From the NCBI GenBank assembly GCA_965112735.1, contig OZ218955.1, forward strand, positions 372,001 to 436,000: a stretch of DNA of 64,000 nt. Direction: 5' to 3'. Of this stretch, positions 24,759-37,715 are shown one piece after another (position 1 is the stretch's first letter; every line of letters starts with the position of its first letter). A program made the translations under genes and the position numbers. Under the pieces are notes generated by a model. The model was not told the DNA's origin. It made no database searches and was given only the letters and a program-made list of their open reading frames with translations. The stretch is from Phaeosaccion multiseriatum (lineage: Eukaryota; Protista; Ochrophyta, other classes).

Positions 24759-26108
24759 TGCACGTGTGTGTATGTGTGTAGGGGTATGTGTGTGCATGTG
24801 TGCGTGTGCGCGCGCGTGGCATGAGACAGCGTCGGAGTAAACCTCTCCCCACTTACTGCTAATGCACCCTCTACTGCCTGACTGACTGACTGACTAACCG
24901 ACTGACGGACTGACTAACCGACTGACCGAATGACGGACTGACATGATTGACTGACTAACAGACTGACTGACTGACTGACTGACCGACCAATTGACTGACT
25001 GATTGACTGATTGCCTGATGGACTAAGCGAGCTCACGACTGACTGAATGACTGACCGATTCACCGACTGTGACTTATGACTGACTGATTGACCGACTGAC
25101 TCACTGACCTGCATGTCCCTCCGGTTGGCCCTGCCCTTCTCAGCAGCCCAATACGCATCCACAGCCTGCTCCTGCAAAGCCTTCACCGCCGGCCCGCAGC
25201 CCTGCAACGAAGGGAGGCGTGGTTTCAGTTCCATGCTCAGTGTATGGACATGGACTCGGATTACATCGAGAAAACCAATCATGTCGGGGAGCCAGCGCAG
25301 CACCACATATAAATCACCAGCACCACGTAACCGCATTTAAGTCTTACGTACACTTACGTGAGCATCGCAGGCTGCTTCTCGCTCCCAGGGCCCGCCCCGC
25401 TCGTCGCTCCCGTCGCAACAGTCGCACACTCCGTCCCACACGCGGGAGGACGGGATGGTGACACGCAGCGCAGAAGGGAGGGGGGAGGGGAAGGTGGAGC
25501 CGGAGTCCGACCACGCCGATGTTTCGCCACCACAGGTGAAGCTGTGAGGATGGCAGTGCAGGGGGAGAGGGGGTTGGGGAGGGGATAGAGGGAAGGGGGC
25601 ATGGAAACTTGAGCACCTAGCCAGAGCCCAGAAAGCATTACTCGCCCCGTGACTGGGCTACATGGTGTTGTTGCGACGCACTGAATAGAAAAGGCGAGAC
25701 ATATCTGGCCTCACGTTTGCTCCTATCATGGCGACATTATTATGTCACTCAGTACCCGACCGAACGTGCTGTGTCTGTCGAGGCGTTGGCTACCCAGCGA
25801 AAGAGCGGGACTCTTCCCTTCCCATCCTTCCCCCTTCTCACCCCCCCTCACCTGCTTTGCCGGTGGGAGCAGCCTGGCGAGTGGAGCTCGTCTCTCCCGT
25901 CCTGGCAGTCGCAAAACCCATCGTCGACATCACCGGGCAGCAGCTCGATCATAGGCCCCCCTCCATCGGCCACGCAAGATGGTGCTTCCCCTTTCTGTGG
26001 TGCTCGTGAAGCCCCTTTTGTTCCTCCTGCCACTGTCCTAATCGTCGCCGTCGCTGCCAATGCGGTCAGCGCTATTGCCTCAACCAAGCGATGGAGAGCA
26101 GAAGTCAT
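20128..26108 (-). CDS. Glucosidase II beta subunit-like (PRKCSH family) protein, multi-exon
   Basis: Signal peptide plus VDDGFCDCQDGRDE..GC at the N-terminus. C-terminal MRH domain: DYGEGQIF..GRCF, YVYSLCPFGAARQG, YTNGAAC..RRVEVRVVCG..VEEEEPCVYGMVFQTPAAC. Last exon is 20310-20128. Confidence 0.82.
24877..25110. repeat. Degenerate (GACT)n microsatellite in an intron
   Basis: Tandem GACT/GACC/GATT units. Confidence 0.9.
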
Positions 26109-26382
26109 CTATCCTGAGAGGGATGAAAAGATCAACGAGCTGGGAGGAAAGCTTTCCCTTCTCCCTTCCCCTCCGCTCTCCCTCGGTTCTTGATCATCCC
26201 TGCGCCAAAGAGAGGCTCTCGCAATCCATGTGTGCAAAAGTGGTATTGCCTGTAAAAAAGGGGTGCGGCGCGGTCTCAACGGCCCCTTGACTTACGTGAA
26301 TGAATTCGTTGACTTACGTGTAGCTCTCGCTGCGCGCAGCCCCTCATCATTTTGTCCTGGAGGGAGCCCTCCACCCGCCTCC

Positions 26383-29300
26383 ATGGCCCAGCAGATACCT
26401 TCTGCGTTGCTCTTGTTGATTCTGGTAGCTCCAGTGGTATCCTTCGTTCCGCACAGCTGCCCCAGCGGCTTGTCTGCTCACGGCAAAGGAGCTCATCCGT
26501 CGAGCAAGCATCAGCACCAAGAAAGACAGCGGCAACGCTTTGCTCTTGAGCATCAGCCGCGCCACAGCCACCATGCTCAGCTCTTGCAGAGAAGGCTTCA
26601 GCACGTGTTGAAGCCCAATGGGAGGACCTCTGTGCTTGCTGCGTTCAGCCCTGAGCAATGGGAGGCCGGGGCAGAAGGCGGCCGGGGAAGAACGGGAAAG
26701 CATCAGCAGATAAGAGTAGGAGGAACGAAGAGGGGCAAGAAGAGATCTAGACTGAGTATGGAGGGCGGGAGTGCTGAAGAGGAAGGACAGCAGGACTGCG
26801 AGAGCGACGAGGATGGAGGAGGAGACGCGCCCCAGGGCGTCAACACCAAGCCTTCTCTCGGCTTTGGAGGTAAGACGGAGAAGCCTTCGGTTGCACATAT
26901 ATTGCAGGCGCCACAAGATGTGCCTCCGTTGCTTTCTTTGCTTTTGAAGCAGCCCCCCCCTCCCACGTCCATGTGTAGACAGACCTTCTCTTCACCGTAG
27001 TAGTCGCCCACCCACTGTTCACGCGTCTATCTGATGTGCCTCTTTTGTCCTCCTTCCTCTACCGCCCGTTGTCGTCGATGCTCTCGTCAATACAATGCAA
27101 TGCAATTATTCCCTCCGAAGCAGGGGTAAAGCCGATGATGTCTCAGGCAGCGACGCTTGACGCATTCGGCATCCCCTCCACCCCCCCTGTGACAGCCGTG
27201 GAGGAGCAGGGCGGGGATGAAGAGGAGTATGATGAAGAAGAGCTAGTAGGCGACGAGGGGGAAGTGGAGGAGTTTGGGATGCTGGACCTTGAGATGGATG
27301 CCCAACTGGAGCAACTCGGAGACGTGGACTTTCTGGAAGACGAGTGGGACGAGGATGAGTACGACAATGGCTATGACATGGATGGATATGATGAAGATGA
27401 AGAAGAAGAAGATGATGATGATGATGATGCCGATGCCCTTGACGCCTCCCATTTGAAGGAGGCGGCAGGGAGGGCGGGAGAACAGGGGCAGCAGGAGACG
27501 AAGCTGCAATCACAAGGAGAGGAGGAAGAAGGGGGTGCACAGGGGACAGAGGGAGAAGGAGTAGGAGAGGAGGAACCTCCTTCGGCGCCTCTGAGTCAGT
27601 ACGAGCTCGGCATGCGGCTGCTGCAGAAGGACACTGAGGCGGAGAGGGCAGCCGTCAAGGCGAGGAGGGGCAAGCGCAAGGGAAAGGACAAGAAAGATGA
27701 GCTCCTGGGCATGCTCATGGACGACCTCACTCCCGCTCAGGTATCGTACGAATTTAAATTCCACCTGTTGATACTGTTTCAGTTTCAGTGGATGCTTGAC
27801 CCTTGGCGAGGGTCACAGGGTTTGTCTCGAGCACGAAATGGGTACAGAACGGCCTGCGGAGCTTCCGGACCTCCCCCTATCCTCTTCTATTTGCCTCCCC
27901 TATCCTCTTCTATTTTCTCCTCATCTCTTTGTTTGCCTCGCTCGCTCGCTCTTTCCTTCTTAAACGACGCACATTTTGACAACCCAACACACGTACACGC
28001 GCGCCCGCAGCGCGCGGAGATTGAGCGCATGCAAGCGGCTCAGGAAGAGGCGGAAGCGGCGGCCGACGGGTACGACGGTATCGCTGATGAGGAGGGGGAG
28101 GAAGGTGTCATCGACTTTGACCTGGGCTCGGCCGGGGACGAGGGTGAAGGGGAGGATGAGGATGCGGAGTTTGGGGAGGGGGGGTTCGGGAGTGGAGGGA
28201 GGTATCGACCCGTGACGGCGGGGGGCTTTGGGCACCTCGTACCGGATGAGGATGATTTTGAGTATCAAACGATGCTTGCTAAGGCAGAGGGACGACCGCT
28301 ACCGAGGAGGGTCAAGAAGGTGAAGAGGAAGGGGCTAGAGGATCGGAGTTTGGGGGGCGGCTTTGGGAGCGGGGTGGGGGGGGAGGGGGAGGAGGAGGAG
28401 GAGGAGTGGGAAGGGGTGCGGCAGGGGGCGGGGGCCATCTTGCCGAACTCACGCACCACGGCTTCGGCGAAAAAGATGGTGAGTGAGTAAGTTAGTGAGT
28501 ACATCGGAGTAAGTCAATGGTTGCGTGAGGGAGTGAGGGAGTGAGTGAGCTGGGGACTGAGCGAGTGTGTGGGTGTGGGAGTGAGGGAGTATGTCTCTGA
28601 TTTCCCGCCACATATACCTCCAATCTTCCTCTCCTCCCCTCCCTCGAACCCGTGTGTGAGCAGCTGAAGCGAGCGGCGAAGCGGAAGGACGCGGAGGTAA
28701 GAGCATCTGCCACAGCCCATCCACTGCCATCCCACCCCATCCCACCCCACGCCACCCTTCCCCCGCGCCGCCCTCCCTCCCTTCCCGTAGGCTTTCACGC
28801 CCCTCCCTAACCCCCTCCCCTCGCTCCCTCCCCATCCACTGCCATCTTCAGGTGTCGATAGCGCAAGGGTCCCTCAACTCCTCGTACATCATCCCCTCCG
28901 ATATGAGTATGATCAGTACCCAGTCCTTCTCAGCCCTGGGGCTCAACCCGGACACGCAGAGGGCCATCGATGAGGTCAGTGTGGCTGTATCATCAACTGC
29001 TGTATCACTGTCACTGCTCTGGTTTGTCATCGCTGCATCACCCACTGTTGTTCATCACTGCGCTGCTGTGTCGCTCTATCACCTAACTGCTTTATCATTA
29101 TTATCATTTATCACCAATTGCTGTACCACCTCTGTACGACCAACTGCTGTATCACCAACTGCCGTACCTCAGGTGTTGTTCTACGAGAACATGACGATGG
29201 TGCAGGAGGCCACTCTGCCTCCGTGCAAGGACGGTATGAGCATCGTAGCCAGGGCCAAGACCGGCACTGGCAAGGTAAGGAAGTGGGTATCCCACAGTGG

Positions 29301-29669
29301 ATTGGTAGGGGGGTGTCACCCCTCCCCCTCCTGCGCCTGTGCCTTTCCTTGTCCGCTGTCCCTCCTCTTACCACGTACACACCGCTGCCTGGATCACCAA
29401 CATGTATATCACTCCACTGCTGTATCATCTACCGTTGCCATACCACCAACTGCCGCACCTCAGACGCTGGCGTTCCTCATCCCCGCCATTGAGCGCATCA
29501 CGTCCCTCAACGCCGCACAGAAGAGAGGCACCAGCGTGCTTATCATCAGGTACAGTACAGTACAGTTTACTTTACTTCACTTTAATTCACTTTATTGTAT
29601 CGACCCCACGATCCAAAATATCGACCCTCACCCCCGAGTGGGCAGTGGGGTACAGATGTTTGAGAAAGA

Positions 29670-29746
<77 letters not shown>

Positions 29747-30002
29747 ACAGGAAAATTCGGTTCTGTCGTTGTCAAAGGAGTGGGCGCCCTTGCTACGCTC
29801 CCCTCCGCCTTCCTCTGACGATCGCCCCCCTCCCCACGGCATCCACGGCCATCCCCCCCCCCCTTCCCCATCCGCTGCCATCCCCAGCCCCACCCGCGAG
29901 CTTGCCCGTCAGATCGGCGTGGAGGCGATGCAGCTGTGCACCTTTCACGATCTCAAAGTGGACATTTGCACGGGGGGAGGCAAGAAGACCGCCTGGGTAC
30001 GT

Positions 30003-30063
<61 letters not shown>

Positions 30064-33000
30064 CCGCCTCTCTTTCCCCCTCTCGCTCTCTCACACACAT
30101 GCACACACACTCTCCTGTCTTTGTCTTTCCGCCTCTCTTCTCTTTCCGTCTCTCCACCCTCTCTACACACACAACTGTCTTTCCCTCGCCCCCCCCCTCT
30201 CTCACACACGCACGCACACACACACACACCTACAGGACATTGCGTCTTTCAAGAAGCGCATCCCTGACATTCTTGTGGCCACTCCGGGCAGGCTCGAGGA
30301 CCACCTTATCAACAGTCCAGTGGTCAGCAGGATGCTGCAGCCAGTCAAGGTCAGGGGGGATGGCAGGGGGGATGGCAGAGGGTGGCAGTGGATGGCAGTG
30401 GATGGCAGTGCGTGTGCTTGGGGTTAGCTCAGAAATGAGGAGAGACTGCGCCATGCGGTGTGTTAATGTGTATTAATCTTGTTTGTCTCGTGCTGAACCT
30501 CCGCGTAAAGGCTCGTTAAACCCTCTTGTTGAAACTCCGCCAACCCGCCCTCCCTCTGCGTCCCCTGCCCCTCCCCTCCCCCTCCCCGCCAGGCCCTAGT
30601 CTTGGACGAAGCGGACACCCTCCTGGATCTCGGTTTCCGAGACGCCATTGAGCGCATCCTCTCCCACCTGCCCGACCGCAGGCAGAGACAGACCATGCTC
30701 TTCTCGGCCACCATGCCCCCTGACGTTACAGAAATTGCTAACTTGGCACTTGGGCCGGGCTATGCCTACGTTGATACTGTGGGGGAGGCGGAGATCGCCG
30801 TGCATGAGCACGTACCTCAGGTGAGAGGGGGGAGGGAGAGGGAGGGAGAGGGAGGGAGGGAGGGGGGGAGGTAGGGAGAGAGAGGGTTGCATGGTTGGTG
30901 GGTGGGTGGGGAGGGGAGCGAGGGAGAGGAGGGAGAGGGGAGGGAGGGATGGAGGGAGGATGCGGAGGGATTGGGGGAAGGGGGGAGGGGAAGGTTAATG
31001 GAGGAGGGACAATTGGGGTTTCTGGGGGTGTGGGAGGAAGGGAGGGGTATGAAGGGAATGGGAGTGAGGAAGGGCGGGAAGAAAGGAGGGATTGGATGGA
31101 GGGAGAGGGGGGGTATGCTCAAACTGAAACTGAAACAACTCAACGATCGATGGAGAGAGGTGATGACCTTCGGTACACGCGTGTGAGGGGCCGCATTTGT
31201 TGCTGACACTTAGAACCCGTCGGCAAGCATGCGGCTCCGTGATCACAAGCCGTGGGCCACAGCGCTCGCAGTCTGATCTCTCCATCGATCAGTCAGTCAT
31301 TCAGTCATTGAGTCATTCAGTCATTGAGTCAGTCAGTTAGTTAGTCATGAAGGAAGGAAGGAAGGAAGGAAATGCAGGAAGGCAAGGGAGGGAGGCAAGA
31401 AAGGTAGTCAGTCAGTCAGTCCATCAGTCAGTCGGAGGGGGTGGGATAACATGTAAGGAGAAAGGGCCTCGGGAGGGCCCGGTGTCGCCTCACGCACACA
31501 CACACACACACACACACGCACACACACACACACTCACTCACACTCAACTCGTTTGAGTGACTCAGCATCATCGCGCGCTTGGTCTCCTCGTCCTCCCCGC
31601 CCCTCCATCCCCCGCCTCCTTCACAGGCGTACTACATCACTGAGCTGGAGTCACAGACGGCGACGCTCTTTCACATACTGCAAGACGCCATCGACGCCGA
31701 ACCCTACGGACACAAGGTCAGTTGCACTTTCAGCTTATTAGACCTGCCAAGGTTCAGTTGCAGTTTCGGTTTCAGCTTATCTGAAACTGAAACTGTGTAT
31801 GTCAATGATGAATGTCAGGTAATTGTGTTCTTCCAGACGGCCCGGCTGGTGCAGTTGTACTCCGAGCTCGCCTCACAGATGGGCATGCCGGTGCTGGAGA
31901 TGCACAGCAGACGCACGCAGGCACAGCGCAATCAGGTGGGTGCATCGGTGGGCGTGTTGGTTCATCACATCACCTGCGTACCTCTGTACCTCTCTCTCTA
32001 CATCCCCCTCTCTCTTTTCCTTCCTTCTATCTGTCTCTCTTTGTACCTACCTGCTTCTCTCTAACCTGCCTTCTGCCTGCCTCTCTCTCTCTTACCTACC
32101 TGTCCCCCTACCTGCCCCGCCCTGTCCTGTACGCCATACTGCTGCATCGCCAACTGCTGAACCACCAACTGCTGTATCACCAACGGCTGTACTCCGTACC
32201 AGGTGTCGGACCAGTTCCGAGACAGGTCTGGAGTCATCATGTTCACGAGTGACGTCAGGTGCGTTATGTGTGGCCCAGTGATTGGGTCCCTCGCCCCCCA
32301 TGAGCTCATGCCCTCTCATGACGCCCACTCATACCCACTCGTACCCACTCCACCCCTCTTTCTCCCTTCCTCCCTCCCTCCCTCCCTCCCTCCGTCGCTC
32401 CGTCCCTCCCTCCCTCCCTCCCTTCCCCCTTTCTCTATCTCCCTCTCTCCCTGCCTGCCTCCCTCCCTGCCTCCCCCCCTCCTCAGTGCCCGAGGGCTGG
32501 ATTACCCCGATGTGACTCTGGTGGTGCAGGTGGGCTGTCCTTCTGACGACAATCAGTACGTTCATCGTCTGGGCAGGACAGCGAGGGCCGGCAAGGAAGG
32601 TAAGACGACCGACCCTCTCTCTCTTTTCTCCATCACTTCCTTCCTCTCTCTCTTCTCCTGTATCTCTGTATCTCTGTGTGGTTTGTGTCTCTGCCTCTGG
32701 CTAGTCTCTGTCTCTTGTCTCTGTTTATTTGCGTATGTACGTCTGTGTATGCTTGCGTGCGGGCTTGCCTTGAGAAGGAGCGTTCCATTAGAGGAGCAGC
32801 CCTCAGCAGTCGGACTGGGCACAGACGAAGGCCAAGACGCTGTTTGACGGCTTGACACTTCTCCCCCCGTCTAGCGACCAAGGTGCAACGCGCACATGCA
32901 CTCACGCTCACACTCGCACACACGCACACACACGAAACGCACCCCCACTCTACCCTACCCCACCCTACCCTACCCTACCCTACCCTACCCTACCCTACCC

Positions 33001-33886
33001 TACCCTATTCTACCCTACCCTACCCTACCCTGGCCTGCCCTCCCCTCCCCTACCCTACCCTACCCTACCCTACCCTACCCTACCCTACCCTACCCTACCC
33101 TACCCTACCCCACTCTACCCTACCCTACCCTACCCTACCCTACCCTGGCCTGCCCTCCCCCTCTCCCCACCCCAGGCCAAGGCATCTTGTTGCTGGCCCC
33201 CTTCGAGAAGAAGTATCTGAAGCGCTGGGGAGAAAGCTTCCCCATCACAAAGAGCCCAAAGATCCCCAGGAACCTTCTCGCGCCCACGGAGAAGAAGGTC
33301 GCCAAGGCCATCCAGAAGGTCAGTTTCGGTGGAGGGAGCATGTTTTGTTTCGCAGTTTCGGTTTCGGGTCTCAGACTCCTGAACCTCGTCTTCACTCTCT
33401 CTTGACCGCTTTGCCTTGCCCCTCGCCCCCCCCCCCCCCACATACACACACTCTCACCAGGTGAAGAGGTCCGCGATTGAAGTGGGCTACGTGACATTCC
33501 TCGGCTACTACGTGTCTCTCAAGAAGGACCTCAGCTTGCGCAACGATGAGCTTGTCGACATCGCCAATGAGTGGATATTGGGGGGCTGGGACCAGGATGA
33601 AGTACCCAAGTTGACCTACGGGGCGGCGATTGCAATGGGGTTGAGGGAAGAGGATGGGTTGGAGCTGCAGAGAGCACAAAAGGGGGACAATCTCAAGAGA
33701 TGGGGGAGTGAGGGGGAGGAAGGGGAGGAGGGCGAGGAGGGAGGAGGAAGGGGAGGGAGAGGAAGAGGAGGAGGGAGGGGGGGGAGGGGAGGACGAGGGG
33801 GGAGGGGAGGGAGGGGAGGAAGAGGAGGAGGGAGGGGCGGTAGAGGAGGGAGGGGAGGACGAGGAGGAGGCCGAGGGAGGAAGTAG
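26383..33886 (+). CDS. DEAD-box RNA helicase (MSS116/RH26-31-like), probably plastid-targeted, with an acidic N-terminal region and RGG tail
   Basis: Motifs across exons: [66 protein letters not shown]. The N-terminus [23 protein letters not shown] resembles a signal peptide plus ASAFAP-type motif. Confidence 0.92.
32951..33146. repeat. (TACCC)n pentanucleotide array in an intron
   Basis: Tandem TACCC units with a few interruptions. Confidence 0.95.
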
Positions 33887-34139
33887 AAGCAAGAGTATGA
33901 CTCCTGTATCACCAACTGGTGCACTGCGTGTAGAAGCAAGTACAAGACTGAGGACAGTGTATGTTCTTCTATTTACAAGCATAGAGGGTTCAGATGCGGT
34001 GATCAATCGACCTCGGTCGAGCCACTACCCGGGCGGGCACAGCCCGGGGGGGGCATATAAAAACACTGAAACCTGCTTCAAACAGGTGCTACTACGATTC
34101 TACGATACCCCAGCCATATAGTGCCATTTAGTAGCCCGG

Positions 34140-35681
34140 CTAGTTTTGGTTGTAGCGGTAGCCCGAGGTAGTGATGAAGAGCGCATCGGGGGCGGTGGTC
34201 TTCTTGTCGTGCAGGAGCTCATTGAGCACACTGTTGCTCGCCATGGCGGCCTTTACGGCAGCGCTGGCGATGGAAGAGGCGGCGCTGGCAGCTGCGGAGC
34301 TCGACCCGTGCAAGCCTCCTGTACCACCAAATGTTCCTGTTCCTGGTGCTGCTGCGGCTGTGGCTGCTGCTGCTCCGGCTGCTGCTTTCTGCTCCTTCCG
34401 CTGCCTCTTCTTGCTCTTCTTTTCTGCCGCTGCCGCCGCCGCTGCTGCTGCTACCTCTACCTCATGCTCCCCCTCTGGCCCCTCACCCTTGTGCAGTGAA
34501 GCCTCTGCCTCCTTCTTCTTCCTTTTCTTGGACTCTTCCTTCCTCTCCTTCTTGTCCTGCGCCGCCCTCTCTCTCCGAGCCTCCATCCTCGTTCGCATCT
34601 CCCCTTCCCGCTCATCGTCCGAAGGCGCCAGGCGGATTAAATCCCCTTCTTGGAACGGTCCGTACTCCTCCTGCAGCCCACTCACCCCCACTTCCCTCAC
34701 GGCCTTATCAGACAAGACCCAGCCCGTTGTACGTACAACCACAAATGGCACTAGCCCATTGAACTGCAAACTCGTGACGGGGCATATGTATGGCCTCGCT
34801 GCCCCCCCTGCTGCTGCTCCTCCTCCTTCTCCCCCTCCTCCTCCTCCTCCTCGTCCTCCTCCTCCCTCCCCTCCTCCTCCCCCTCCCTCCGCTCCTTCGG
34901 CCTCCTCCGTGAACTTGACAGGGATGAGGTCTCTCATGCTGCGAATGTGACTGAACGCCGCGTTGAGGCTTTTGTCCAGGAGAGCGCTTAGCACCACCTG
35001 TTCGAGAGGGTGGGGAGGTGTTGAGCTGACGAATAAGATGAAACAGATGAGCCGCCGGGCAGGCCCGTCTCTGGACTCGACTCCTTCTCTGTTTCTCTAG
35101 TGCTGTCCCGTGGAGAGTCTAAGCGGCTTCGATAATCTCACTCACTCACTTACTCACTGCCTCCCTCACTCACCTCCTTGGTATATAGATAGCCGAGTTC
35201 ACACGCCACGACGGGCTGCCGCAGCGCCTCCTGTGAGATGGCGCACACCTTGGTGCGGAGCACGAGTGTCTCCTTCGTATTCCTCTACGGGGGGCAGAGG
35301 GGAGGGGGGGGGAGAAGGAATGGGTGTGGGATGGTTTAGGTGCGGGTTAGGAAAGTGGTCTAATGCTTGCGGCAGAGCATAAAGGTCGCCGGACAGTGGT
35401 AGGGGCTTTGCCAACGGACACTTTGCGGCAGGAAAGAATGAAGTCCACCGTGTCTTGTGTCTCTCCCTGGCCTCTCCCCCTGTTTTTGTTTTGCTGCTGC
35501 CTCCGCATTCCCCATCATCACTGCCTCTCGCTCCCCCCCCCCCCTCTTCCTCTCTCTCTCCATCCCTCGTACTCGCCCTCTCCGCCCCACTCACCTTCGC
35601 CTCCTTAGCCCTCTTCAAGGGATCTGTGCATTGCCTCATGTACGCCCGATTGGCCGCGACGACTCCCCCATCCCCTCCCAT
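34140..35681 (-). CDS. RTF2: Replication termination factor 2, 3 exons
   Basis: Starts MGGDGG. CAISQEALRQPVVACELGYLYTKE; VLSALLDK..FSHIRSMRDL; YICPVTSLQFNG..FVVVRTTGWVLSDKAVREV; Lys-rich tail. Confidence 0.9.
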
Positions 35682-36002
35682 CTTCGCTGTCCTTCTCCGC
35701 TCCCCTCCCCCCTCTCTGTCGCCCTGCCTCGCCTCCTCCGCTCCTCCTTCCCTCCCTTCCGGGCTCTTTCCTGCTGCGGCGGTTCGCCTCCTCTACAAGC
35801 TGCCCCTGCTGTTCAGCTTTTTTTTTTTTTTTTTTTTTTGACGGGGCTGTGAAGTGCTCAAGGGGATGGCAGTGGAAGTTTTTGTAAGAAGTTTGTTAGT
35901 AACGCTGGCAAAAAGAAGCCCACGCTCTTTGATCGCGCGTCTCGTCAGTGGTTCAGGGCGTTCTTCCCTTCTTTTTTTGCAGTGATTTACACTCGTAGCA
36001 AG
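35682..36002. promoter_or_regulatory. Probable compact bidirectional promoter between RTF2 and MMADHC
   Basis: Divergent ATGs about 320 bp apart with a poly(T) tract between them. Inferred from gene geometry only. Confidence 0.45.
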
Positions 36003-36362
36003 ATGAATGGCGACAACAGTGCTAGCAATAGACCGCAGACAGGAAGCCAGATCCTTCGCCAGCCCGCGCTGACGCCGCTGGGGCTCGAAATCAGCCTCCA
36101 CACGTGCCCAAAATCACTCGTACGGGAACTGCGGCACATCTTCCCCGGGACGGAGTTGGAAGGCATCCTTGCTCTGCCCACCAACCAGAAGGCGGTGTTG
36201 GACCTCGTCAACGTCGGAGAGCGGGTGGAGGACGAGAAGGACAGGCTGCTCAACACGGTGGGTGGGGGCCGAACAGAAATTGTGGACCGGTAATTAATAA
36301 GGCAGGCGGGGGTACATTGATGGACGGAGGCTCCTTTCTTTCTTCTTCCTCATCGCACTCTC

Positions 36363-36395
<33 letters not shown>

Positions 36396-37403
36396 CCTCG
36401 CGCGTTGCCCTCTCTTCCCCTCTTTCTCTCCGTCTCGAAATCTTCCCGCCCTCCAGTTTGTATCATTTGCGGCGGAGCTGTGTCGGAGAGTGAGGGCCGC
36501 GGGGCACTGGGCGGACTACATCGACCCTTGCTCGGGATTGCCCATGCTCACCGGAGGCAATAAGGTAAGGAGCGGGGAGCCTTCTCTCTTTCAACAACCC
36601 GCTCTGCCTCCTCCTTCTCCTCCTCCTCCTCCTTCTTCTTCTCCTCCTCCTCCTCCTCCTCCTCCTCCTCCTTCTTCTTCTTCTTCTTCTTCTTCTTCTT
36701 CTTCTTCTTCTTCTCTTCTTCTTCTTCATCTTCTTCTTCATCATCATCTTCTTCTTCTTCTCCTCCCCCTCCTCCTTCTGCTGCTGGGACACATCCACTC
36801 AGTGCAGGACAGCACCCCTCCCTCCCGTTCCGATAAGCTGAACTGAACCTTGGAACTGATTGATCCCATACACTCCCCCCTCCCTCCTCCCCTCCTGCCA
36901 TCTACTGCCATCTGTCCATCTACCGCAGTGCTACAGCGAGGTGGAGGGCATGCAGATGCTGTTGCGGTATCAGGTCATGAACGCCGCCACGTGTAAGGTG
37001 CTGCTTCATCCCTCTTGGGGTTCTGCTGTGTACCCTGCCTCCATCTTCACCACCGCCCCTGTAGGTAGGTGTAAGTCGCGGATGGCAGTGGAGGGCAGTG
37101 AAGTATGAGCGGAGAGAGACAACGGGGGACGAGGAAGAGGGAGAAAGGACTGAGAGGAGAGAAGGCCCAGCTGTGTCCTTTTCATCTTGGCTCTCAACTC
37201 TATTCCATCCCGCGCCCTTCTCCTCCGATTCACTGCGTGTCCTCTCTCTCGCTCTGTCTCCCTCTCCGTCTCTTTCTCTCATTCTGTCTTCTCTCTCCTC
37301 CCACTCAGATATAATCACTGCCTTCATGGATGAGGAGCTCAGTGCCAAACAAGAGGGGGAAGTAGACAGCGCCAGACAAGAACCAGGCAAGAGGGGGGAG
37401 TAG
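36003..37403 (+). CDS. MMADHC: Cobalamin trafficking protein CblD homolog, 4 exons
   Basis: EISLHTCPKSLVRELRHIFP; EKDRLL; GHWADYIDPCSGLP; CKVLLHPSWGSAVYPASIFTTAP. Confidence 0.9.
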
Positions 37404-37681
37404 GCGGCTGTAGGCAATGGAAACTGTAGGCACTTGCATATACGCAAAGGGAATGGAGGGAGGCGGTACGCAGACGAGCAAGCAGACGAACACCTTCTGG
37501 GGAGATGCTCCCGTGCTTGGAAGGAAGGCGACAGACCCTCGCACTTGTCGGCCGCACAGCAGCCATCACAGTAGCAGCTGCGGCAGGAGCAGCTGCGTCA
37601 GGAGCAGCTGCAGCCACAGCAGTGAGAGAGAGAGAGAAGCAGCAGTGGCAGATGGAAGCAGCAACGGCAGAGCATCAGCCG

Positions 37682-37715
<34 letters not shown>

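Noticed and set aside
5672-25664. Recurring CATGTAGCCC 10-mer (~5672, ~16972, rc ~25655)
   Set aside because: Too short and too few copies, with no paired-terminus arrangement I could establish.
32951-33146. (TAGGG)n/(CCCTA)n as a telomere
   Set aside because: It is internal to an intron of an intact gene and is not the TTAGGG/TTTAGGG unit. It is an ordinary microsatellite.
34007-34020. TCGACCTCGGTCGA as a minimal TCG-terminus element
   Set aside because: Only 14 bp, and the flanks (GATCAA and GCCACT) are not a duplication.
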